This document shows, one piece after another, positions 1-8,701 of a stretch of DNA of 64,000 bases. Origin of the DNA: an uncultured Hyphomicrobiales bacterium (GTDB taxonomy: Bacteria; Bacteroidota; Ignavibacteria; Kapaibacteriales; UBA2268); NCBI GenBank assembly GCA_964524325.1, contig CAZGCT010000003.1:196410-260409 (forward strand), given 5' to 3'. The translations under genes and the position numbers were made by a program. The number at the start of each line of letters is the position of its first letter. The stretch's first letter is position 1. Below the pieces are notes generated by a model. It ran no database searches. It was given only the letters and a program-made list of their open reading frames with translations, and was not told the DNA's origin.

Positions 1-1
1 A

Positions 2-97
2 ACTGGACATACTTTTGGGGTTGAGCATCCTTTCTCAGCTCCAACAGAAGCTTTGAAAATTGTTATTTCCACAACGCTTAACTTTTTAAAACCATGA
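2..97 (+). CDS. 3' end of a CDS cut off by the window start (last 31 codons, product unknown)
   Basis: Frame 2 is open from the window edge to a TGA at 95-97. That stop overlaps the ATG of the next ORF (ATGA), which suggests translational coupling. Confidence 0.3.
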   Translation, partial: TGHTFGVEHPFSAPTEALKIVISTTLNFLKP

Positions 98-507
98 GAA
101 AAGGCGAAATATTCTTTTTGTTTTTGTTTGTATTTTTAATCAGTTGTGAATTGATTAGATTATCTGAACAAAGAAAAAGCGTGGTCAAACCAGATCCATC
201 AAATTCCGTCGGGTCAGTTTTCCTTTTAATTCAAGAAGTAAAAGTACAAAATTATTCCGGAGCAAGTAAACTCTTTGTATTTGAAGATTCAACTCTTACT
301 TCAGAAAAAATTATCGAACTTGATGACAAGTTGAAAAGACTTGAAAGAAACATAATTAATCGAAAAGTTACATTTTATAAAGTCGACACACTAAACCAAG
401 GAGAACATTTAGTCTTAATGGAATTCGATCATGTTTATGAATATTTTTTCGTTACCCAAAAGCACAATGAATACTGGTTAATTAGGAATTTTGGGGAAAA
501 GAAATAA
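94..507 (+). CDS. hypothetical lipoprotein
   Basis: 137-aa ORF with a hydrophobic N-terminus and a lipobox-like LISC motif. I recognise no conserved domain. Confidence 0.45.
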   Translation: MRKGEIFFLFLFVFLISCELIRLSEQRKSVVKPDPSNSVGSVFLLIQEVKVQNYSGASKLFVFEDSTLTSEKIIELDDKLKRLERNIINRKVTFYKVDTLNQGEHLVLMEFDHVYEYFFVTQKHNEYWLIRNFGEKK

Positions 508-553
508 AAAGGAGCTTCGAATGTGAAGCCCCATCTCAATTAATACCTTTTAA

Positions 554-1096
554 TTAAAGAAACCACTCAATACCAATTGTAGCATAACCTATACCCAACC
601 TAATGCTTATTGGGTCTATGTTCAATTCAATAACCCTTATACCACCGTAAATTCCCAGTGAGGAGATGGGAAACCATTCCGACCCGAAAAATCCGATGAG
701 TTTGGTCTCCGTGTTGGTTGTTCTTTTAGTTGTTTGAGTATATGGGTCCTTGTAAGAAATTGATTCAGTAGAAACTAAAAATTGACCTTTTATAAATGGA
801 TAAAAAGAGCGAAGTCTCATTTCAGGTAAGAAATACTTAAAGTAGGGCCCAAATGTAAGGTAAGTTGAACTACCAGAACCTTCTGAACCTCCATCAAACA
901 GCAAACCGAAGTTCAAGCCAATATGCATATCTGGATTAATAGCATAAGCAAGCGTTCCCCCAAAAATATCTGATGTTTGCAATTCAACACCGATACCCCA
1001 ATTTTGGTTGGGTACTCTTGGTTTTGTTTCTTGTGATAAAATTGAAACAAATGAAAGAAGAAATACCAAAAAGGAAAATGCAAAAAGCTTTTTCAT
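554..1096 (-). CDS. outer-membrane beta-barrel protein (porin-like, OmpA-like barrel family)
   Basis: 180 aa with a signal peptide, alternating amphipathic beta-strand pattern, Gly/aromatic-rich sequence and a C-terminal aromatic residue (..EWFL). Confidence 0.5.
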   Translation of the reverse strand: MKKLFAFSFLVFLLSFVSILSQETKPRVPNQNWGIGVELQTSDIFGGTLAYAINPDMHIGLNFGLLFDGGSEGSGSSTYLTFGPYFKYFLPEMRLRSFYPFIKGQFLVSTESISYKDPYTQTTKRTTNTETKLIGFFGSEWFPISSLGIYGGIRVIELNIDPISIRLGIGYATIGIEWFL

Positions 1097-1219
1097 AGGT
1101 CACCCCAAAATTTGACATAATAAAAAATAAAAATAAAAAGATAATTTTTAATTTCCAAACTTGTTTAATAAAAAAAATTCATTAATTTTGTGTTTGAATT
1201 CAAGCGTTATTTAAAAATT

Positions 1220-1292
<73 letters not shown>

Positions 1293-1297
1293 CAAGT

Positions 1298-1372
1298 GGG
1301 GTCGTAGCTCAGCAGGGTTAGAGCGCCAGTCTGTCACACTGGAGGTCGCGAGTTCGAGCCTCGTCGGCCCCG
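1298..1372 (+). tRNA. tRNA-Asp (anticodon GTC)
   Basis: Acceptor stem GGGGTCG/CGGCCCC, anticodon loop CTGTCAC, T-loop TTCGAGC, discriminator G. CCA is not encoded. Its 3' 18 nt recur downstream (see the repeat at 1357..1995). Confidence 0.9.
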
Positions 1373-1395
1373 CAAAATTTATTAGATAACAATCT

Positions 1396-1659
1396 GTGTG
1401 GTTCATCTATATTCTCTACTCTAATAAAATTGATAAATATTACGTTGGTTACACTAAAGATTTGAATTTACGCATACAAAGACATAACTCTGGTTGGAGT
1501 AGGTACACAAAATCTGGTATTCCATGGGATTTGGTTTACTTCGAGAGTTATGCAACCAAGATTGAAGCCATTCATAGGGAAAAAGAAATCAAAAGAAGGA
1601 AGAGTAGGAAGTATATAGAAGATTTAATCAACACCGGAGGTCGTTCCGTTCCGAACTAA
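1396..1659 (+). CDS. GIY-YIG nuclease family protein (YhbQ/UPF0213-like, 87 aa), copy 1
   Basis: Starts at GTG. The N-terminus FIYILYS..YYVGYT..R..RH..G matches the GIY-YIG core. It sits directly 3' of tRNA-Asp. Confidence 0.75.
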   Translation: MWFIYILYSNKIDKYYVGYTKDLNLRIQRHNSGWSRYTKSGIPWDLVYFESYATKIEAIHREKEIKRRKSRKYIEDLINTGGRSVPN

Positions 1660-1670
1660 TCGGAACGGAA
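1644..1670 (+). repeat. perfect 10-bp inverted repeat (ttccgttccg / cggaacggaa) with a 7-nt loop that contains the GIY-YIG stop codon. It abuts the tRNA-derived 18-mer
   Basis: Read directly from the sequence. An identical copy lies at 1958..1984. It could be a terminator-like hairpin or a recombination site. Confidence 0.6.
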
Positions 1671-1709
1671 AGCCTCGTCGGCCCCGCAAAATTTATTAGA
1701 TAACAATCT

Positions 1710-1973
1710 GTGTGGTTCATCTATATTCTCTACTCTAATAAAATTGATAAATATTACGTTGGTTACACTAAAGATTTGAATTTACGCATACAAAGACATA
1801 ACTCTGGTTGGAGTAGGTACACAAAATCTGGTATTCCATGGGATTTGGTTTACTTCGAGAGTTATGCAACCAAGATTGAAGCCATTCATAGGGAAAAAGA
1901 AATCAAAAGAAGGAAGAGTAGGAAGTATATAGAAGATTTAATCAACACCGGAGGTCGTTCCGTTCCGAACTAA
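1710..1973 (+). CDS. GIY-YIG nuclease family protein (YhbQ/UPF0213-like, 87 aa), copy 2
   Basis: Identical to copy 1 at both DNA and protein level. Confidence 0.75.
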   Translation: MWFIYILYSNKIDKYYVGYTKDLNLRIQRHNSGWSRYTKSGIPWDLVYFESYATKIEAIHREKEIKRRKSRKYIEDLINTGGRSVPN

Positions 1974-1984
1974 TCGGAACGGAA
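1958..1984 (+). repeat. second copy of the 10-bp-stem hairpin
   Basis: Identical to 1644..1670. Confidence 0.6.
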
Positions 1985-2086
1985 AGCCTCGTCGGAATTC
2001 CCCATTGTCAATTTTTCATCTTTTCTAAATGTTTAAAAGTATATAGAGACTTTAATAAATTTGTATTTTAAGTTAATACTAAAATA

Positions 2087-2779
2087 ATGGTCGATTTTTT
2101 CAAAATTAAATTATTTACTTTTGATTGTTATGGTACTCTTATTGACTGGGAGAAAGGGATTATCTTCGCATTAAAACCATATCTAGAATTAAACAAAATT
2201 GATGTGGATGATGATTTTATCCTTGAACTTTACGGAAAATTTGAGTCTGAAATTCAGAAGGCTGGATATATAGAATACAAAAATGTTTTAAAACAGGTAG
2301 TACAAAAATTTAACGAGTTTTTTAAAATTTCAGAAGTTAAAAGTGATGAATATTGTTTAATTAGGGCTTTTAAAAATTGGGAACCTTTTGAAGATACAGT
2401 TGGTTCATTAAAAAAACTAAAAGAGAAATTCAAATTGGCTATCATTTCAAACATTGACAATGACATGATAAATTTGACGCTTAAGAAACTCGAAGTTCAA
2501 TTTGATTTCATAATTACAGCAGAAGATACTAAATGCTATAAACCAAATCGAAGAATTTTTGAATATGCTCTAAACATAGTAGGGCACTCAAAAGAGGAAA
2601 TTATCCATGTTGCACAAAGCCTATATCATGATATTAAACCTGCCAAAGAAATGAAACTTACAACAATTTGGGTCAATAGAAGAAAGGGAAAAAAAGGCAC
2701 TGGTGCAACACCTTATTCCGATATCAAGCCAGATTTTGAAGTCCAAGATTTAAATTCACTAATCAGAATGTTTTTTTAA
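2087..2779 (+). CDS. HAD-superfamily hydrolase, haloacid dehalogenase type II-like
   Basis: Motif I reads FDCYGTLIDW, i.e. DxYGTL instead of DxDGTL, which is the form typical of L-2-haloacid dehalogenase-like HADs. 230 aa. Confidence 0.65.
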   Translation: MVDFFKIKLFTFDCYGTLIDWEKGIIFALKPYLELNKIDVDDDFILELYGKFESEIQKAGYIEYKNVLKQVVQKFNEFFKISEVKSDEYCLIRAFKNWEPFEDTVGSLKKLKEKFKLAIISNIDNDMINLTLKKLEVQFDFIITAEDTKCYKPNRRIFEYALNIVGHSKEEIIHVAQSLYHDIKPAKEMKLTTIWVNRRKGKKGTGATPYSDIKPDFEVQDLNSLIRMFF

Positions 2780-2796
2780 TCTTGGGAGAAAATGTA

Positions 2797-3417
2797 TTAA
2801 CTAAAAGGAAATAGAATAAAAACTAAATAATCCCAAAGTGAATGTGAGATGATTCCCGGAACAAGTGATTTGTATCTCAAATAAATATATCCCCAAAATA
2901 ATCCACAGACAAAAGCTGCTACAAGGAGCATAAAGTTAAAAGCCCAAATATGGATCATTGTATAAAGAAAAGTGGAAACTAAAAGGTTAACATATGGCCT
3001 ATTTTGAAACTCCCTTAGTTTGGTTAAAACAAAACCTCTCCAAAAAATCTCTTCCGCTGGTCCAATTACAAACAATAAAAGCAATGATATTATCCAAGCT
3101 GGTGTATTTTCTTTCGTTAAATAAACCGCAGCAATTTGTCTTTGGGAAAAATCGAAAAGATTTGATACTAAAAATTTTCCAAAAAAGAAAATAAAATAAA
3201 GCAAGATTGCGAAAAAAAGTCCCAAAATGATAAATCTAAGGTTAACATTTAATAACTTAAATAATTTTTTCTTAAGTGAAAGAAATGAATAGGTGGAAAG
3301 AGTAACTGCAGCCAAAAACATCACAGCCCAGAAATTCACTTTCTGGGCTGTGTACGGTGAAAACATAACGAACCAAAATCCGAAAGCTATGACTATTCCA
3401 ATAAAAATACTTATCAT
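2797..3417 (-). CDS. CPBP family intramembrane metalloprotease (CAAX protease / Abi-like)
   Basis: Polytopic membrane protein with EEIFWRGF (the EExxxR motif) and a later HSLWD motif. Its start overlaps the stop of the upstream prenyltransferase gene (ATGA). Confidence 0.65.
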   Translation of the reverse strand: MISIFIGIVIAFGFWFVMFSPYTAQKVNFWAVMFLAAVTLSTYSFLSLKKKLFKLLNVNLRFIILGLFFAILLYFIFFFGKFLVSNLFDFSQRQIAAVYLTKENTPAWIISLLLLFVIGPAEEIFWRGFVLTKLREFQNRPYVNLLVSTFLYTMIHIWAFNFMLLVAAFVCGLFWGYIYLRYKSLVPGIISHSLWDYLVFILFPFS

Positions 3418-4322
3418 AAAATCTTACTCAATACAATGCTAATTATAAAAAGTAAACCAAATTGTAGATGAAGCTGTGCAGTTTTAACATCCAGCATAAT
3501 TATTGGTTGTATGTTATCTGCTCGTGCTTGAGCAAATTCTTTGGCATTTTTTATTGCAAGTGGAATAGTAAGAAACACGACAAGTGAAATGGGATGAATT
3601 GTTTTAAAAGCAATAAGTAGCACAGTTGTAATGTAGGCGCCAAAAATCAGTATATAATACCCAACTTGTGATCCCTTTAATCCGATAAGTATAGGAATGG
3701 TTTTAATTTTTACAAAGGAATCGTTGAAAATATCTCGGGTATTGTTCGCGTGTAAAATTGCTACAACAAGAAGTCCAATTGGAAGGGAGATTAAAAATGT
3801 GTTCCAATCATAGATACCAGTTAAAGAAAAATAGCTTCCAATTACAAGTAAGGGACCGAAGGCAATAAAAACAGCGAGATCGCCAAGAGCAATGTATTTC
3901 CATCCCTTTCGCGTAACTGTATAAAATAAACCACAAATCAAACCCCCCAAACCCATCAGAAGAACTTCGTATCCACGAACAAACACGAGAATTAAACCAA
4001 GAAGGAAACCAAAAACAAATGAGAGCAGACCGCCGAGAAGAACCTGTTTGGGTTCCAGTAACTTTTCGACCAAGACTCCACTGCCTCCATATGTGTGCTC
4101 GGTATCAACTCCAAATTTGTAATCGTAATAATCCGAGACCATATTTGCCCCAATATGAAAAAGTAAAGCACCAAACAATACAACCGGAAAGAGAGCCCAA
4201 CTAATCGTTAAGTTTTCATTCGAGAAAGCAATTGCTGTGGCAATTAAAACTGGAATAACAGAGGCTGTGAACGAAAATGGCCTTGTTGCTCTTAAGTAAA
4301 TCTTGATCCGATTGTTAATCAT
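3414..4322 (-). CDS. menA: UbiA-family polyprenyltransferase, MenA-like (1,4-dihydroxy-2-naphthoate prenyltransferase)
   Basis: 302-aa multi-pass membrane protein. It carries Asp-rich UbiA motifs including NNTRDIFND, which resembles the MenA NNxRDxxxD motif. Confidence 0.55.
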   Translation of the reverse strand: MINNRIKIYLRATRPFSFTASVIPVLIATAIAFSNENLTISWALFPVVLFGALLFHIGANMVSDYYDYKFGVDTEHTYGGSGVLVEKLLEPKQVLLGGLLSFVFGFLLGLILVFVRGYEVLLMGLGGLICGLFYTVTRKGWKYIALGDLAVFIAFGPLLVIGSYFSLTGIYDWNTFLISLPIGLLVVAILHANNTRDIFNDSFVKIKTIPILIGLKGSQVGYYILIFGAYITTVLLIAFKTIHPISLVVFLTIPLAIKNAKEFAQARADNIQPIIMLDVKTAQLHLQFGLLFIISIVLSKIL

Positions 4323-4339
4323 AGAACCTCCTTTCCTTA

Positions 4340-4945
4340 TTATTCAAATTTTCGTGACCCATTAGGTTGATAAACATATCTAAAAGTGTAATATCTTTCT
4401 TTATGAGTAAAAGGGTCAATTGGTTGGGGGTTCCCTTTCCAGTAGCTAATAATTTGCATTTTAACATATTTACCGTCAGCAGTGCGAATTATCAAAACCC
4501 TTCCGGGTATAGGAGAAACGACGTGAGTCTGTGGATTGTAGTTGTACCAGCCATTACCAGAACCTGTAGGAATTGCAAGGTCTGTAAGGGAATTTTCTAT
4601 TTTATAACCTGTTTCAGGAGCTTCTTTGATAGAGTTAAAATCTACGTCTTTGAGAACAATTGCTCCTCCTTGCCCTGGCCCACGAACCCCACTATTTGTA
4701 ATAATAGTGGTTCCGGCAAAACCAATGTCCCATTTTGTCGAATTAGAGTCAGAATTACTTACAATTGTACTATCGCTAAAGCGAAATAGGGTAAATATCA
4801 TCTTTTTCCCAGTGTCGGCAGGTAAATCATAAATAACTTGCGTGCGAAGTGGAGTAGGCTGTGGTTGCGGTGAATTATCTTCTTTTGAGCAAGATGCACA
4901 TAAAAGAGTTGCAAGAAAGAGAATTAAGCTTTTTTTAAAGTTCAT
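4340..4945 (-). CDS. HmuY-family lipoprotein (putative haem-binding)
   Basis: Likely start is MNFKKSLILFLATLLCASC (lipobox). The 24-codon extension in the ORF track is probably non-coding. C-terminal motifs GWYNY..THVVSPIPG..YVKMQIISYW resemble HmuY. It lies just downstream of a TonB-dependent receptor. Confidence 0.5.
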   Translation of the reverse strand: MNFKKSLILFLATLLCASCSKEDNSPQPQPTPLRTQVIYDLPADTGKKMIFTLFRFSDSTIVSNSDSNSTKWDIGFAGTTIITNSGVRGPGQGGAIVLKDVDFNSIKEAPETGYKIENSLTDLAIPTGSGNGWYNYNPQTHVVSPIPGRVLIIRTADGKYVKMQIISYWKGNPQPIDPFTHKERYYTFRYVYQPNGSRKFE

Positions 4946-4955
4946 TTTGGTCCTC

Positions 4956-7262
4956 TCATTGTTTGACATAATTAAGATTAACCGACAAATAAAAGCTTCT
5001 TCCGGGATAAACCGCAAGAAGCCGAGTATCTTTTTTATCGAAAATATTGTTTATGCCAAAGGTAAACTTAAAGTGATGAAAAAGTTCTTTCGAGATATTC
5101 CAATTCACTATTGCGTATCCAGGGGCATATTCTTTTTCATCATCTAAAATCATATTGGAATTAATATCTTTGAACCCATATTTTCCTTTAAGATTTACTC
5201 TTAAAGTGGAATACAATTGTATTTTATTGTTTTGATAAATTAATTTAATGTTCGCCGAATGAATTGGTCTATTAAAAAGACCTCCATAATCACTTAGGGA
5301 AACTCTAACGTCATTGCCAAAAGCGTCTCTTTTAAATAATTTCCCTTGATTGATTTTCTCAATTACATCCTTGTCGCCCGTTAATAAAAATTGATATGAT
5401 AAATTAGTTTTTAAATAATCTAAAATTTGAATTTCAAGGGAAGTTTCGATTCCTTGAGTATAAATTTTCCTAAGATTTTGATAGGTATGAAGCCTTTGCC
5501 AATTTGTTTTGACAGCAACTGGAAGAAAATCGATAAGATTAGTTACATTGTTTCTAAAGAAATTAACTTTAAAGAAAAGTTTATTCGTCGAGTAATTTAA
5601 CCCAAAGTCGAATGAGAGGGACTTTTCTGGTTCGAGGGTGGGAAGGCTATCTGGCGATATTAGAAATTCAGCTATTTGTCCTTGTTCTGCTAATTTCTTT
5701 AGACCCTTGGAAACATAAGTTCGACCAAAGACAGAATACCCAGCCATAGGATTAGTCCAATCTAGGTATAATTCCTCGAAATTTGGAGCTTTAAATCCAG
5801 TTCCAACTGAAGCACGCAAAACAAGTTTTGGGACTAATTGAAAAGAGGCAGATACTTTTGGGATAAGCTGAATAGGATATTCGCTGTGGTCATCAATTCT
5901 AATACTACCAATAAAATTGATTTTGTCAAAGAGTGTAAAGTCATCTTGTGCATACAAATAAAAAATGGTACTTCTTTCGGCCCCACTGGAAATTCTAACA
6001 GAACTAGCTTTTTCTGTCCAAAAGCCCCCTCCAATTGTAATGAATTGATTAGATGCCAGCAACAAATTTGTTTGCAATTCCGTTTTAAAAATATTTTGAG
6101 AGAATTTATATTCGTCGTAAATTTCACCAGTTAAAAGGTATTTATCATTTGTAACTGTTTCAAAATTTGAAAAGTAAGTACGAAATTCATAATTGAATAT
6201 TTCGTTCAAAGTGCTTTTATAAAAAAGATATGAACTAATGTCTCGGACATTGTTTTCACTATTAATAGTATCATATTTCGCCAGATATTTATTGTATTCA
6301 TCTTCGAGATTGGCTCTTACTGAGAATCTAATTTTAGATTTAGATGTTATTTTGTAAAAAGTTTCTAATTGAAATGAATGGTAGGTTAAAGAAGGAATTG
6401 TTTTGCCAACACTACTAGGATTTAGTTTAAAACCATCAGTTTTATGTTTATGACCAAATAATGTGAAAGAAAACCGGTCGTCGAGTAGTATTTGTTTGAA
6501 TTCCCCCATAAGGTCATAGGTATTATATGAGCAATATTTTGAGTAAAGGTTAGCTTCAGTTTGATTGAGAGGTTCTTCAGTAATTAAATTTACAACTCCA
6601 GCCAAAGCATTGCTTCCATATATTGAAGAGTTGGGACCCCTAACAATTTCAATCCTGCTTACATTTCCTATTGATAATCTAGAAATATCCAGTATTCCTC
6701 CGGTTCTATTTACCAAAGGTTCTCCATTGACTAATATCAATGTGTAATCAGGGTCAAGACCTTGAAGTTGAATTCCACGGCCATGGTCATCAACCAAAGG
6801 TATATCAGTCAATTCCAAAATTAACTCATCAAGTTTTTTGGCATCAACAAGTTTTATTTCATCTTTGACGTAGGTTGACATGGGAATTGTAATATTCAGT
6901 AAATCCTTCTCTGTTCGGGTTGCTGTTACAACGATTTCTTTCGAATGAAATTCCTTTTCCCTAAGCGAAATATCGAGAAAAAAAGTATCAGAATTAGTAT
7001 TTAAAAAAATTGTTGTATCTAGTGGGTTATAAAAATATTTTTGAAAATTTGCTCTTAAAAATGAATTTTTTTGAACAATAAATTCCACTCTGCCGTTTTT
7101 GTTTGTGAATCCTACTTTTGTTGGTTCCGAAATAATTACTCGGCAATTTGGCAATGGTTTCCTCTGAGAGTCTAATACTTTAAAAATAAGTCTTAACTCC
7201 TCTTTTGCAAGTGAATTAAAAGTAACAAAAAAAAGCAAGCAATTTACTAATAATATTTTCAA
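4956..7262 (-). CDS. TonB-dependent outer-membrane receptor with an N-terminal carboxypeptidase-regulatory-like domain
   Basis: Signal peptide, then a plug-domain motif IEIVRGPNSSIYGSNALAGVVNLIT, then a long beta-barrel. 768 aa. Confidence 0.8.
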   Translation of the reverse strand: MKILLVNCLLFFVTFNSLAKEELRLIFKVLDSQRKPLPNCRVIISEPTKVGFTNKNGRVEFIVQKNSFLRANFQKYFYNPLDTTIFLNTNSDTFFLDISLREKEFHSKEIVVTATRTEKDLLNITIPMSTYVKDEIKLVDAKKLDELILELTDIPLVDDHGRGIQLQGLDPDYTLILVNGEPLVNRTGGILDISRLSIGNVSRIEIVRGPNSSIYGSNALAGVVNLITEEPLNQTEANLYSKYCSYNTYDLMGEFKQILLDDRFSFTLFGHKHKTDGFKLNPSSVGKTIPSLTYHSFQLETFYKITSKSKIRFSVRANLEDEYNKYLAKYDTINSENNVRDISSYLFYKSTLNEIFNYEFRTYFSNFETVTNDKYLLTGEIYDEYKFSQNIFKTELQTNLLLASNQFITIGGGFWTEKASSVRISSGAERSTIFYLYAQDDFTLFDKINFIGSIRIDDHSEYPIQLIPKVSASFQLVPKLVLRASVGTGFKAPNFEELYLDWTNPMAGYSVFGRTYVSKGLKKLAEQGQIAEFLISPDSLPTLEPEKSLSFDFGLNYSTNKLFFKVNFFRNNVTNLIDFLPVAVKTNWQRLHTYQNLRKIYTQGIETSLEIQILDYLKTNLSYQFLLTGDKDVIEKINQGKLFKRDAFGNDVRVSLSDYGGLFNRPIHSANIKLIYQNNKIQLYSTLRVNLKGKYGFKDINSNMILDDEKEYAPGYAIVNWNISKELFHHFKFTFGINNIFDKKDTRLLAVYPGRSFYLSVNLNYVKQ

Positions 7263-7423
7263 GACTATCTTAACTTTTAAAACTTCAAAATTATAAAATT
7301 AAATTTAACAATACAATAATTTTATTTAAACTACACTTTAATTTGGCTAACCTTAGGAAAGCCACTTTTATTGTTTTTCAAAATTTTCTTAATAAATTTG
7401 CTTTTTTTTCTTAAAGAGTCTTT

Positions 7424-8701
7424 ATGGATAGAAATGTTAGAACTTTAAAAGAAATTGAAACAATTAGCCGAGTTCGTCAAAATAAATTGTACAAAAGATT
7501 ATTAGATAAAGATACTTCTTTGATTTTCGAGGACCCGTTAGAAAATGATATGGTTTTGAATATGGGACCTCAACATCCCGCAACACATGGCGTGCTTCGT
7601 GTTGTGCTTCGATTAGATGGGGAGACAGTTATTAATTGTGTACCAGAGTTAGGATATTTACATCGTGGATTTGAAAAACTTGCTGAAAATGTCACATATC
7701 ATGAATTTATTCCTCATACAGATAGATTGGATTACCTTTCACCAATGGCAAATAATGTTGGAATTGCCTTAGCAATTGAAAAGGCGCTTGGGATTGAAGC
7801 TCCACCTCGTGCTCAATGGATTAGAATGTTGGTCGCAGAGCTTGCTCGTATTTCTTCTCATCTAATGGCAATGGGTTCAACTTGTATGGATGTTGGGGCG
7901 ACTACATTGCTTTTGTGGACTTTCACGGAAAGAGAAAAGTTGTACGATATTTTTGAATTAATTTGCGGAGCAAGGTTCACCACAAGCTATACAAGAATCG
8001 GGGGAGTTGCTTTCGATTTGCCTCCCGAAGCTGTTGAAAAAATCAAAGAATGGGCTCTCCAATTTCCCAACGAACTTCATTACTTCGAAAAGCTTGTTCA
8101 CAGGAATAGAATTTTCATCAATCGAATGGCTGGTATTGGTATAGTAGAACCTCAACATGCTATTCAATTGGGCTTAACTGGTCCAGTATTACGTGGTTGC
8201 GGTATTCCAAGAGACCTTAGACGTGATGAGCCATATTTATTTTATGACCAGGTGGATTTTGATGTTGTGACTTACCCAGATTGTGATAGCTGGTCTCGTT
8301 ATATGGTGCGTGTAGACGAAATGAAAGAAAGTCTGAAAATGGTTTGGCAAATACTTGACAAAATGCCCAAGGGTGAAATTAGTTTACAAAATAAATTTGT
8401 TCTTCCTAGGAAAAAAGATATTTATACAAAAATGGAAGAATTAATCAATGATTTTATGTTGATTAATTTTGGTGCAATTCCAGAACCTGGAGAAACATAT
8501 ACTGCAATTGAATCCTCGAAAGGTGAACTGGGATTTTTCATTGTCTCGACTGGGGAAGGACATCCTTGGAAATTAAAAATTCGCTCTCCTTCAGCATCCA
8601 ACCTACAAGGGCTGCCTATAATGGCCGAAGGTTCTATGATTGCCGATGTTGTTGCAATCATAGGCTCAATTGATCCGGTGATGGGAGAAGCTGACAAATA
8701 A
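7424..8701 (+). CDS. nuoD: NADH-quinone oxidoreductase subunit D (49-kDa subunit)
   Basis: Matches [31 protein letters not shown] and the C-terminal [15 protein letters not shown]. The [NiFe]-ligand cysteines are absent, so this is NuoD rather than a hydrogenase large subunit. It stands alone: I see no other nuo genes in the window. Confidence 0.8.
   Translation: [425 protein letters not shown]

Larger units (their letters stand above)
1357..1995 (+). repeat. tandem direct repeat with a 314-bp period: two complete identical copies plus an 11-bp partial third. Each copy runs from the tRNA-Asp 3' segment 'agcctcgtcggccccgca' through a GIY-YIG ORF to a terminal hairpin
   Basis: Positions 1357-1670 and 1671-1984 are identical base for base. 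The motif agcctcgtcgg appears a third time at 1985-1995 and then diverges (aattcc..). Confidence 0.9.

Noticed and set aside
7263-7423. Possible cobalamin or other riboswitch leader upstream of the TonB-dependent receptor
   Set aside because: I could not find a B12-box-like motif or a GC-rich structured core. The region is plain AT-rich promoter DNA.
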